Positions 20,609-32,100 of a stretch of DNA of 64,000 bases are shown here, one piece after another. Made by a program: the position numbers and the translations under genes. The stretch's first letter is position 1, and each line of letters begins with the position of its first letter. The notes beneath the pieces are model-generated. The model had not been told where the DNA came from. It worked only from the letters and a program-made list of their open reading frames with translations, and made no database searches. The DNA is from Macrostomum hystrix (Eukaryota > Animalia > Platyhelminthes), in the NCBI GenBank assembly GCA_950097015.1, contig CATNEN010000002.1, positions 8,246,001-8,310,000 of the forward strand, in the 5' to 3' direction.

Positions 20609-20770
20609 TCAAACCAGGTAATAGTGCCTAATCCAATAGAGGAGGGCACTGAAGCTATTCTTGGGGTATAGACGGCGCCATAAGAATTCTTCGAGGTGGC
20701 TTTCGAATAGCGCAGCACTCATGCCATGCATTTGATGCAGCTTGGCCTTCGCAAAATCTTCAGCTGCAGA
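20609..20770 (-). pseudogene. Merlin/IS1595-like transposase C-terminal remnant
   Basis: A minus frame not listed in the ORF track reads AKAKLHQMHGMSAALFESHLEEFLWRRLY..FSALLYWIRHYY, matching the K..K....HG.....F.SYL.EF.WR end of Merlin transposases. Confidence 0.6.
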
Positions 20771-21590
20771 ATTTCTGTGCTTTAGCTTCCTATTCCCCCA
20801 TATTTGCCAGATTTTGCCATAGACATAGATCCAAGTGTCAAGTCACGGCAAAGCCACGTCAGCGCAACTTTTTAAAACTCAGAATCCACGTGTGGCACAA
20901 ATACAAACGAAAAAATAATATAATGACCAGAAGTAGAACATTGCCATAATATCTATATCTTAGCTATGTAATAGAATCTATAATATAAATTGATTAATCT
21001 TTATATTATTATTGTGGCTTATACTTAAGAGAAGCTTGTGAGCAAAGTGACTGATTTCTTTTCAAAAACATTTGTTTAACTAATTTCACTTAACTAGCTT
21101 TACTAATATAATGAACAGATACAAACAGACTAAAATTTCACAGAGGACAGTATACTGAGTAATCACATTATTTGTAGTTAATATGTGAATGCAAGCTTTT
21201 GCATTCATTGTGTATAGTTCATGACATGAAAAACCACTCTTCTAGTGAGAAAGGATCCAAGTCACTTGTAAACTGCTATTTTTGTGAGGCCAAATTAATA
21301 AATTTGTAGATATAGCCATAGACAAAGCTTAGGGCTTGTTAGCAAATTTTCTATGTTGAGAGCTAAGGTCTCACTGAGAGGCATGGTGAGAGTGTACTCA
21401 AGCTGTCACTGAAAAAAACTGATGTAACACCCCTGTGTGTGTGTCCAAGTGTATGTACACAAACTGTGCTTGTGCATTGAGGATTCAGTGGAATGTGTAG
21501 CATTGCCTCTCGCTTTCTGTGTGTCTAATGTCCCCAAAAATGTAATAGTAATCAGTTCTTCTCTATCGTCAATTATTTGCACTTTTGCAG

Positions 21591-24433
21591 CAGCAGCCTT
21601 CAGAGCAGACATCTGCTGGTGGCAGCAGTAGCAGCCCCGGACCCCTGTTGTACATCGGCAACATTCCCTCTCGCTATCGGGCAAGTGACCTGCGCCGCTT
21701 CTTCGCACCATCGGTTGAATCTGGCGCCTTCGATTGCTTCCACTTCCGCCACAGGCCGCAGAGGATTGCCACCGCGTCTTCTGCTGCTTCAGCTTCGATA
21801 TCAAAGTCTGCAGCCGTCGAGTCAGGAAAGAAAGCAGCGGACAGAAAGAAGACTCGACTTTTGTGTTGCTATGCACGAGCCAGCTCTCGCCAAGCAGCTG
21901 AAGAAGTGAGGACCCTATATTTATAGTTATGATAACGAATTTCATGCCTATTCTAAAGTAGTATGCGGGCTTTAAAATCTAAAGAAAAAAAATTTAGGTA
22001 ATCCGTTTGCACAATGGCATCCCGTGGCGCCTGTTTGACAAGCGCTCCGGCCGGGAGCTTCCGCTGGGACTTCGCTGCCTGGTGACATTGTTCAGCAGCT
22101 CAGCTGACTCGGCTGCTAGCGGCGGCTCGTTTGTTCCCGCGGCTGTTACCGCAGAGCTGCGCAGCCTCAGCGGGCCTCAGCTTGCTAAGGCTATGAAGAG
22201 GCACGGCTTGCAGGTGAGTCTTTGTGATAAGAATCGATGTTTGCAGGAGGGCTGCGGGCAGTGGCACACCATTTGGTGACACTATTGACCCACAGCCAGC
22301 GAGGAGGCAATTCTGCCAGCGTCACTAACTCCAGGGCACACACCAGACAGCTACTGTACACAAGCACACGTTCCGAAAGGTGTGTATATCTCCCCTGACT
22401 TTCTCATCGTCAGGCAGTGTACACATTCACTGTGCTTTGGAGCTTGGTCCTTAAGGGCGTAAATTGCACGACAAGCCCTCAAAGCCTTCTTTCCGGGGCT
22501 GCGCCCTAAATGTTAGTGGCCTCGCCGCTCAATTAAGCTTAGGTACCATGGTGCCAGAGGCAAACGCGTTAGCCGCTCTGCCACTCATTCCGCTCTGGGA
22601 TTTTAATCCTCAATTTTACAATCCCACCAGATCGGAGCGCACGGCCGCCCTCAGCCTGTGGAGCTGTGTCCCCCAGCCTGCATGCCCCACGGCAATGTCG
22701 GGACGCCCACGCGCCACTTCCTTGTCCAGGTTGAGCGCTGCCAACTACCCGCCGGCCTCATCGCCAGCCTCGGCCTGGACCTGCGGGCCGCCGGCAAAAG
22801 GCGCGGCAAATTTTCCGCGGTGCCCTTTGACTACGGAGGCGGCCGGAGCCGCCCGACTGCGGCTGCGGATGCGGATTTGCCGACAGAGCTGGAGGAAGCT
22901 GACAATGGCGGACAGGTGACGATGTCTTGGCCTTTGTTACATTTTTTCTACACATATCGGCTTAGCGATCCAATCTTTTGAACCAATGTACTTTTTACAA
23001 ACTGCAGATGGAGATTCAACAGGAAGCTGTCGACGACTCGGAGGTGGCCATCGGGCGGGCTCGCCCACACTCAGACGATGAGGGGGCGATGTCAGGAGAC
23101 CTGGCAGCTCAGGACGAAGGGGAGAAGCCAGAGGAGGAGGATGATGACGAGCCGGCGGAGGACTGGGAGCGATTCGAGGCTCTGCACGACGATCCGCACA
23201 ATGTGGACCACTGGAAGGAGCGAAAGTGAGGCATTTTTAATACTTAGTTGCTTAGGAATAAAACGCGGCTTGCACTACTAATGTCTGCTAGATCAGTAGT
23301 TTCGGAAGAGTTTTTTTCTATTTCTGTATATCTCCAATGCCGCGAATTCTCCAGATACGAGGAGCCGCTGGAAATTGTGTGGGAGAAGGGCGGCCCCGGC
23401 CTGGTCTGGTACACCGACGAGCAGTTCTGGCGCCAGGGCGAGAAACTCGAACTCTTTGACGATCCGACCAACTACGATTGGGACCTGGACATGTCCGCCT
23501 ACGAAGCCGCGGGCGACCCGACTGCCGGCGATGCCGATGCCCGAGACCTGCTCGACATGCGGCGCTTTGCCGCCTTTGAAAAGCACAACCGCGGCTTCGG
23601 CTCCGACCTGCTGCGGCGACAGGTGAGGCCATTGTGACGGAATAGATGTCTCTATGTGGATAGAGTAAGCGGCGCTAGGGAGTTGACAGTAGATACCGAG
23701 AGTTAGACTGTAGATATTGAGAAGTAGACTGTGGAAACTGAGAAGTGGACTGTAGATACTGAGAAGTGGACTGTAGATACTGAGAAGTGGACTGTTGATA
23801 CTGAGTAGTATACAGTAGATAATGAGAAGTAGAGAGTAGATATAAATAAGTAGACATGATATACCCAGGAATAGACAGTAGATGCTGATAGTAGGCTGTA
23901 GATACTGAAAAGTAGACATTAGCTATTGAGAATTAGACGGTAGATACTGAGAAGTAGACAGTACGCTAGTTGACACAGGGAACTGCACCCACCTCCATAC
24001 GCAGGGCTGGGCTGGCCCCGGCTCCGCAGTTGGTGGCAGCGGCAGCGGGGGAGCCGGTCTGACGGAGCCGCTGTCTGCTGACCCGCGGCCGGCATTGCGC
24101 GCTGGCTTCGGTTATCGCGGCGTTCCGCTGCTTCCCGATCGAGAGAGACGACGACGTTGGGCAGCCGCCGGCGTCGCAGCTGACGGTGAGAGCTCGCTGA
24201 CGCGCAAGGAGGCTGCGCTGGTGGCGCGGGCGCGGGCCACTGGTGTGTACTTGGCGTCCGTGCACGACCGGCCGGCGGTGCGGGACGCTGTGGACCCACC
24301 TGACAGCCTGCTGGTGCGAACCAACCCGCAGAAGCTCAAATACCTACCCGTTAGTGGCTTTCGGAGCGCCCGTGCCAGTCAGACTACTCAAAGTAATAGT
24401 ATTAGCAACAAGAAGCAGCTAAGTACCCTGTAA
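21591..24433 (+). CDS. GPATCH3: G-patch domain-containing protein 3
   Basis: Exons 21591-21905, 21998-22213, 22631-22915, 23008-23225, 23355-23622 and 24005-24433 (1731 nt, in frame). Family motifs: YIGNIP..DLRRFF..FDCFHFRHRP, MPHGNVGTP, DWERFEALH, EIVWEKGGPGLVWYTD, and G-patch FEKHNRGFGSDLLRRQ|GW...GFGYRG. The start is probably an upstream exon; candidate ATG|gtgaga at 21383-21385. Confidence 0.88.
22335..22520 (-). mobile_element. SINE family A copy in GPATCH3 intron
   Basis: Reverse-complement similarity to about 40310-40450. Confidence 0.75.
23685..23960. repeat. Minisatellite, 21-bp unit (GPATCH3 intron)
   Basis: Unit GTAGATACTGAGAAGTGGACT. Confidence 0.85.
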
Positions 24434-24649
24434 TTAAGAGCACAGGCCCTTCTGTTGCTTTAAAAACTTCAAGGTGTGCTCTCTGTAAATAAATAAACAA
24501 GCAAGACTTTGAGTCAAAGCAGTTTCAAGCTCAGTCTGTTTTCTATTTCAATTATGGAAAGTTAGTTTCATCAAAGTTTTTTTTTGTCTTCGACTGACTC
24601 GAATAGGTGTTGTCTACTCGATACGGACCATCATTTGTACATAATCAAT

Positions 24650-24850
24650 TCTTTCATTGGTACATCATCGAGTCTCTCATTATTACATCATCGGGTCTCT
24701 CATTGGTACATCATCGGGTCTCTCATTGGTACATAAGAGCCATATTGGTACTTCAGGTCCATCATTGGTACGTCAGGTCCATGATTGGTACGTCAGGTCA
24801 ATCATTGGTACGTCAGGTCCATCATTGGTACGTCAGGTCCATCATTTATA
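24650..24850. repeat. Minisatellite, 20-bp unit
   Basis: Unit ATCATTGGTACGTCAGGTCC. Confidence 0.85.
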
Positions 24851-25192
24851 CGTCAAGCCTCACTGGCTGCTCAATCCTCCACCGTCTTAAGTTCTTCGTC
24901 GAGCGAAGCCCCCGAACCCCCGGCTTGTCTGTCGCTCCTGCCGTATTCCGCGGCTGCATCCGGCCTCGGCCCGAGTCGGCTGGCCGCTGGTCTTCAACCA
25001 GACTTCTATACGATCGTCGTTATTCAAAGTAGATCAAAGTATCCACACTTCTCTACTATGTTGGTCTATTGGTGTTCGTATATTTGCACCGGCCGCATCT
25101 GTCTAACTTATGGGAATCCAGAAGATCCGAGTCTGTCTAACTTGTGGGAATCCAGAAGATCCGAGTCTGTCACTGACGGGAATCCAGAAGAT

Positions 25193-26040
25193 TTCCTTCA
25201 CCTTCACACGAAATTTTTAAATAACAATAATTGGGGATAGCGTTCAGCGAAAACAAAACAAGTGGAAAACGAGCAGTTAGAGAATTAGTATAGCAGAATG
25301 GCACGAAATTTTGCTTAGCTTAGGACGCGTTGATTACAGTCGGACCGCTTTTGAGCACCCTGGCGACACGAGAGAATGAGACAGCCGGTCACCCGATCCA
25401 CCGAGAACGAGACGTGACTACGGATCCGAGAACCTTACTGCTGCTGACGAGAGAGTTGACCAGTAGACCAGAGAACTCCGAAATCGGGGCGACGAATCTG
25501 AGTCCTAGTGCGAGCAGAATTCTAACGAAGCAACCAGCTCAAGTGAAAACGGGTTCACTGAAGATAGGCTGGCATATACTAGATACGAGTCGAAACTGAC
25601 GCTAATGATATTCGAGACACTAGCGCCAACGAGTCCGATATGGCGAAAGACGAATGCGACTAACACAGTCGATATGCACGTAAAATTCACAAGGGTTCAA
25701 TTTCATCGGGCGCCATGTTAAGAAAATGAGGTTAACTAATGGTGTTGATTTGAACGGGCTAGAAAAGTGAACGACCGACAAAGGCCTTGCCCCGGGCCTC
25801 TAGCTATATTATATTTCGATATGCAAGGAAGGAATTGGGGCCGACAGTGAGGAGAGACAAAAGAGGGTACGTAACCCTGGGTGGATGTACATTGGGGTTA
25901 ACATACAATAACGTGCGTAGAGGGAGAGAAAACAAGGTGGGTGCAGAAGCTAGACTGGAGGGGGGGTCAGTATGGAAAGGGACACGGGAAAAAATCGATA
26001 ATAGATAGATAACAGTTTAACAATAATGATTTCCGCGACA
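25193..26040 (-). mobile_element. Truncated LTR retrotransposon (5' LTR, PBS and leader), probably Gypsy-like
   Basis: On the minus strand, TGTCGCGG (26040) to TTAACA (25716) is followed immediately by TGGCGCCCGA (25715-25706), a tRNA-Lys-type PBS start. It interrupts a 32-bp minisatellite. Confidence 0.6.
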
Positions 26041-26480
26041 GTCACTGACAGGAATCCAGAAGATCCGAGTCTGTCACTGACGGGAATCCAGAAGATCCGA
26101 GTCTGTCACTGACGGGAATCCAGAAGATCCGAGTCTGTCACTGACGGGAATCCAGAAGATCCGAGTCTGTCTAACTTGTGGGAATCCAGAAGATCCGAGT
26201 CTGTCACTGACGGGAATCCAGAAGATCCGAGTCTGTCACTGACGGGAATCCAGAAGATCCGAGTCTGTCACTGACGCGAATCCAGAAGATCCGAGACTGT
26301 CACTGATGGGAATCCAGAAGATCCGAGTCTGTCTAACTTGTGGGAATCCAGAAGATCCGAGTCTGTCACTGACGGGAATTCAGGGGATCCGAGTCTGTCA
26401 TTGATGGTAATTCACGAGATCCGAGTCTGTCACTGATGGTAATTCAGGAGATCCGAGTCTGTCACTGATGGTAATTCATC
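26041..26480. repeat. Minisatellite, 32-bp unit (three more units at about 25105-25192)
   Basis: Unit GTCTGTCACTGACGGGAATCCAGAAGATCCGA. Confidence 0.93.
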
Positions 26481-26594
26481 AGAAACTTACAGTTTTTAGC
26501 AGATAGTAGATGGGAAATTTTCCTCCCAGTGCATGAACTAACTTTCAAAGCCGTCCGACGTCAGCATCGCAGAGATATTCAGCGATTCTTGTCG

Positions 26595-27431
26595 AAGAAC
26601 CTGAAGGATTGGGTGAATAACACTGAAGGATTGCGTGAATGACACAGAAGGATTGGGTGAATAACACAGGAGGATTGGGTGAATGACAGAAGGATTGGGT
26701 GAATGACACAGAAGGATTGGGTGAATGACACACAGAAGGATTGGGTGAATGACACACTGAAGGATTGGGTGAATGACACACAGAAGGATTGGGTGAACAA
26801 CACACAGAAGGATTAGGTGAATGACACACAGAAGGATTAGGTGAATAACACTGAAGGATTGGGTGAATGACACAGAAGGATTGGGTGAATAACACAGAAG
26901 GATTGGGTGAATGACAGAAGGATTGGGTGAATGACACAGAAGGATTGGGTGAATGACACACAGAAGGATTGGGTGAATGAGATACTGAAGGATTGGGTGA
27001 ATGACACACTGAAGGATTGGGTGAATGACACTGAAGGATTGGGTGAATGACACTGAAGGATTGGGTGGATGACACACTGAAGAATTTGGTGAACAACACA
27101 CAGAAGGATTGGGTGAACAACACACAGAAGGATTGGGTGAACAACACACAGAAGGATTGGGTGAATGAGACACAGAAGGATTGGGTGAATGACACACTGA
27201 AGGATTAGGTGAATGACACACAGAAGGATTGGGTAAATGACACACAGAAGGATTAGGTGAATGATACACAGAAGGATTGGGTGAATAACACACAGAAGGA
27301 TTGGGTGAATGACACAGAAGGATTGGGTGAACAACACACAGAAGGATTGGGTGAATGAGACACAGAAGGATTAGGTGAATGACACCCAGAAGGATTGGGT
27401 GAATAACACACAGAAGGATTGGGTGAATAAC
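26595..27431. repeat. Minisatellite, 23-27-bp unit
   Basis: Core GAAGGATTGGGTGAATGACACACA. Confidence 0.95.
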
Positions 27432-27898
27432 AATGGGTGATGTATGACTTAAATATGGCGCTTCTGCTGATATTTTGAACTATATTTTGGTCTCAAAAAC
27501 ATGACAAACGCCTTCACACATCACTGCACCGGAAAGCAACAGCTGCAAGCAGCCGACTAGACCAAGACCTTTTTAGGATTTTTTCAATTTGGTTTCAGCA
27601 AATATCCAATGAACAAGTCGACTGGCTGAGTTATTTCACTCAGAAATTCACCTGAAGATAACATTCCCACTGCTTTTAGTTGCTGCCCTAGAGCTCTTGA
27701 TCAGTCTCGGCCTAGAGCCGATAAGAGCCAGCCGAAGTCTATGTGAAAGTTAGACTTCGCACAATGCTGCTTCAAGCGCTGGCTGGCAGTGGTCTGATGT
27801 CCAACAGCGTTTTTCCGTTGTTGATTTCTTTGCAGCCCGAACACTTGCTGTATCTTATCAGCTGTTGCGCTATTTATCAGCTTAAAAGGCTGCCTGGT

Positions 27899-27904
27899 TA
27901 TAAA
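27899..27904 (+). promoter_or_regulatory. Candidate TATA box of the secreted-protein gene
   Basis: TATAAA about 80 bp upstream of ATG 27984; positional inference only. Confidence 0.3.
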
Positions 27905-27983
27905 TTAAAGGGCCGTGTAGAACATTTTAAGCGGAAAACGTCTCTCTTAAACTAGAACTTTTTTCCGTCTAGAAGCCTATCCA

Positions 27984-28747
27984 ATGCTGAACCACACTGC
28001 ACTGAGCGTCCTGGCCGTGGTCCTGCTGGCGGCTGTGGCCTTCGGGCCCAGCGGCGCGGCCGGATTCCGCCTGTTTAAGCGTCAGATCGAAGTGTCGAAC
28101 AAAACCGGCAACGCTCGCATGGTGCGTTTTCTGGTTCGAACCGTCGATAATCCGGATCCGTACTACAGGTAAGTGCAGAGTGCCGGGCCTTACTCGTCCT
28201 GTGCATACGTGATAAGAAAACTTCGAACAAAATCCTCAATTCGATATTTATCCCAAACAGGAGTGCGATGTTCAACGTGCCTTCAGAGCTGAACTACATG
28301 CTGGACAACCAGCTGTACCGCAACTTCACCAGAGCCATGGCGCACCACTGCAACTTTAGCGCTGTAAACGTCACTCTGATTGTGCGCAACGACCTGCAGG
28401 TGCTCCGCGACGACTACGACATCTGGACCCTGAAGGACAACGACCGTATCGAGATCTGGACCAAGAACAGCGGCCCACCCACTCGGGCTGAAACAGCTGC
28501 GGCCAAGGCGGCTTCGGCCAAGGGCGCCTGCCGTCCGATGCGCCCGAGCCCGCCGATCCGCCCGCCTGGCGGTCGCCCCGGTGGTCGCCCCGGTGGTCGC
28601 CCCGGTGGTCGCCCCGGTGGTCGTCCTGGCGGACGCCCCGGCAGTGATCGCCCGGTGACTGCTGGCGAAGATGGCACGGTTGAAATTACTCCGGAGATCG
28701 GCGAGGAGCCGATTGTTGTCCCCGACTGGAGCGAGATGGACGGTTGA
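27984..28747 (+). CDS. Uncharacterised secreted protein (223 aa): signal peptide, KR site, globular domain, (PGGR)6 repeat, acidic tail
   Basis: Two exons, 27984-28168 and 28261-28747, with a 92-bp GT-AG intron in matching phase. Hydrophobic N-terminus MLNHTALSVLAVVLLAAVAFG; four N-glycosylation sequons (NKT, NFT, NFS, NVT); GC-rich codon usage like neighbouring genes. Confidence 0.8.
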
Positions 28748-29150
28748 GCTGAAGGCCACAGACAATTTCACTGAACTCGTTTGAGTTGCGCTCACTGAGA
28801 ATTTTCGAAACCACTCGAACGGTTTCTCTTAATTATACTACATATAGTACTCTGAGTCGCAACGCAAGAATAAAAAGCTTACTTTCAAACTGAAACTACA
28901 ATGAGCGCACTTGATGCTCATAGCTTTAAATGTTTCAAATTTGAACAAGTTGGCCTCCTGCAAACAATTGATGAATATTTTATAAAACGAAAACGAATCG
29001 CTTTTTTTGATACACTCGATAAGTAGCAACTGTAAAATTGATGGCATTGTGGTCCATTACATAAAGCTTCTAAGCTTTCGTGTGTAGCGACCTAATAAAT
29101 TGTAGAGGCACTCGCAGCACAGCATTGCCGCATTCGCAGCGGCTAGTAGG

Positions 29151-32100
29151 TGTTCTCTTCAGCGAGAAAGACATAAGAGTTTTAAAAAAAAGGTCTTTGA
29201 TCTCTCTTTCTTTATCTTTGGCTCCCGTCTGGGCCACAATATATTTTTCTTAGCTGAGCGAGCCGGACGATGAAAAATACTCAAACCAAAAAACCTTCAC
29301 AAAAACTCATACGCGCACACAGAAAACTCTTATAACAATGCCAGTCGCGGAGTGGGGCGGACGGACAAGGGGGTAAGAAAAACCACGCACGAAACATCAA
29401 CCCCTCGCCAAACACTGGCCTACACCTCTCATCACAACATCCCCCCCTTCCTGACAGGACATGTCAGTCACAAAGACAAGCAACAGGAAAACCGCCGGAA
29501 GAGAAGGGGTGCAAAAACAGAAACAAACTATAACTTTACCCACCACCACGAAAATAGAAAAACGCGAAAATGACAAAACAATGCGCGAGAACACGAAATA
29601 TGTTGTACTGAACGTTACGCAATCGACCCCAAAAAACAGGAAACCAAACAAAAGAAGAATGAAAATCAAAGGAATGAAAATTCGAACCAACCAAAATGTT
29701 GTTGCACTAAGAGCAGGCGATAGCGTCGCAAAGCCACTCCACGAGTAATAGTCAATAGACACAAAGGCTCGTCGTAATGTCAGTGGAAGCGAAATTTAGA
29801 AAACTACGTCTTGCAAACTTGGTGATTAATTTGAAGTTATTATGAAAAAGGTGAATCAAACAAATCTCAAACTTTATGGCAAAAGTAGACCAAATAACTT
29901 AATATGAAAAAAACTAACATCGCTATCCAAGCCGAAAGTCGACATCAATTGTCAAAAGCAAAACTACGGTCTAACTGACCTACGCACGCAATCATTACCC
30001 CTCAATGAGGCATAACTTGCTCACAGGCCGCACAAGCTGTGTTTCACCAACTTGGACCTGGGCAACCCGGACTCGGCCGTCTCGTCCCGGGTAGACTCGC
30101 AGTACTCGCCCCAGTGGCCAGTGTCCACGGGGTGTGTCTGCTTTTACAACAAGCACGACATCGTCGAGCCGCACATCGCGTTGTGGTGCCATCCACTTAG
30201 TTCGCGGTTGGAGTCCCGGCAGCCACTCGCGCATCCAGCGTCGCCAAACGTGTCGCACCAGCTCTTGGACGCGCCGCCAACGCCGCCTCGGATCAACTGC
30301 GACGTCGCTTGGAACTTCAGGTGCAAACTGGCCGCCCGCTTGTCCGATCAGAAAGTGGTTTGGCGTCAGAGGCTCCTCGTCTCTAGGGTTGGCCGATTGA
30401 TAGGTGATTGGGCGCGAGTTGATCAGCGCCTCGGCTCCGGTGATGGCTGACTGCAGTTCTTCATCGTTGACATCAGCGTTGCCCAGGATCGCGTGCAGCG
30501 CCCGCTTCGCCGCACGAATCATCACTTCGTGTGCGCCGCCAAAATGCGGCGCTGCCGGTGGCTGGAATCGCCAACTGATGTGATGACGCACAGTCTCGCG
30601 GCTGACTCTCGCCTTGTCCAGCTCTTCAAGCAGCCGCAGCTCTTCTGCACCTTTGACAAAGTTGCCGCCATTGTCCGAATGCACAGTCTTGGGCAAGCCT
30701 CGCCGGTTCACCATTCGATAGAATGCATTTAAGAATGCGTCCGCGTCAAGACTGTATGTCATTTCAAGATGAACCGCGCGAGTCTCTAGACAGGTAAACA
30801 GAGCCAAGTAACGCTTCTGCCTCTTTTTGAATCGTCCTTGAACGGTGATGAAGGGTCCGCCCATGTCGACGGCTACGTTCGTGAAGGCCTTCAAGGAGCC
30901 TTCCAGCCGTGCATCAGGCAACGGGGCCATCTGTTGCGAAATGGGACGGGCCTTTTCTCTTCTACAAGCAGCACATTCCACTTCCCATTCACGGATGGCT
31001 TCCCTGGCACTAATGACCCAAAACTTTGCTGAAAGTGCAGCCAGCACTTGATTGGTACCGCCATGACGCTGATCCTCATGATGCTGCTTAATGATGAGCT
31101 TAGTCAGCCAATGCTTCCTTGGCAAGATGGCCGGGTGCCTAGCAGCAAACGGTAACTGTTGCCTGAACTTCAAGCGACCGTCCACTCGTAGGATCCCTGT
31201 TGCGTCGACAATAGGTTGCAAGCAGGTCAGCCTCTTGTCACTCAACGCATCAGCCTTGAACTCTTCCTTCTGAGCCATTCTAATCAACCGCTCTTCTACT
31301 TCATTCAGCTCATCCACCGAGAGGTCTCCACCGCTGCGGTGCGCCTGGGTCTTCTGGCAGTTACGGATGAATCGCAGGACCCAAGCCGTGATGCGTTGTA
31401 GTCTGTAAAAACTGGAGAATCGGTCCGGCTTAAGCCGCCAGTCTGCCTCATCGGTCAACTCTGCAGAAGCCACAAACACCGCGTGGGCTTGATGCTCCTG
31501 GTCGCTGGCTGATTCTATTCGTCGAGTGCTCATCTCCCGCATTTCTGGAGCTATTGGGATCGGTGTCTCCGGCCAACTGTTTGAGTCTAGCATCAAGAAC
31601 GCCGGTCCGCACCACCAAAGCTCGCCTTCTATCAACTCTTGCACTCTGCAGCCGCGCGACGCCACATCCGCTGGGTTCAAACCCGTCGGCACATACCGCC
31701 ATTGTCTAGGACGCACCTGCTGCTGGATGAAAGCGACGCGGTTAGCCACGAACGGCTTAAATGATCGGCTCTGCCTACGAATCCACCACAAGACATTGTG
31801 GCTGTCACTCCAAAACACTCCAGTCTCCAGTCCAACCTCCAATGCTTCAGCCACTGCTCTCGCTAACCGCAGTCCTAAGACCGCCGCCATCAGTTCCAGT
31901 CGCGGAATGCTAACTGCCTGCAGGGGTGCCACCTTCGCCTTTGCTGCCACAAATCGGACCGAAACATCCATCGCGCTTACACTTCGCAGATAAACAACGG
32001 CACCGTAGGCCTCCTGAGACGCGTCCACGAACGTGTGCAATTCTGTTGAACCATTTTCAGGTCGAAGACAGCGGGGCACGGATATTTCTCCAGCCTTTGA

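Noticed and set aside
26538-27337. Cys/Ser/Pro-rich ORFs; similar ones at 39109, 49648, 50343-51021, 56975, 58290 and 61114
   Set aside because: Minisatellite artefacts.
29397-29762. 121-aa hydrophobic ORF after pol (possible env)
   Set aside because: GTG start, short, runs through the PPT into the LTR; hydrophobicity follows from T-richness; no envelope motifs.
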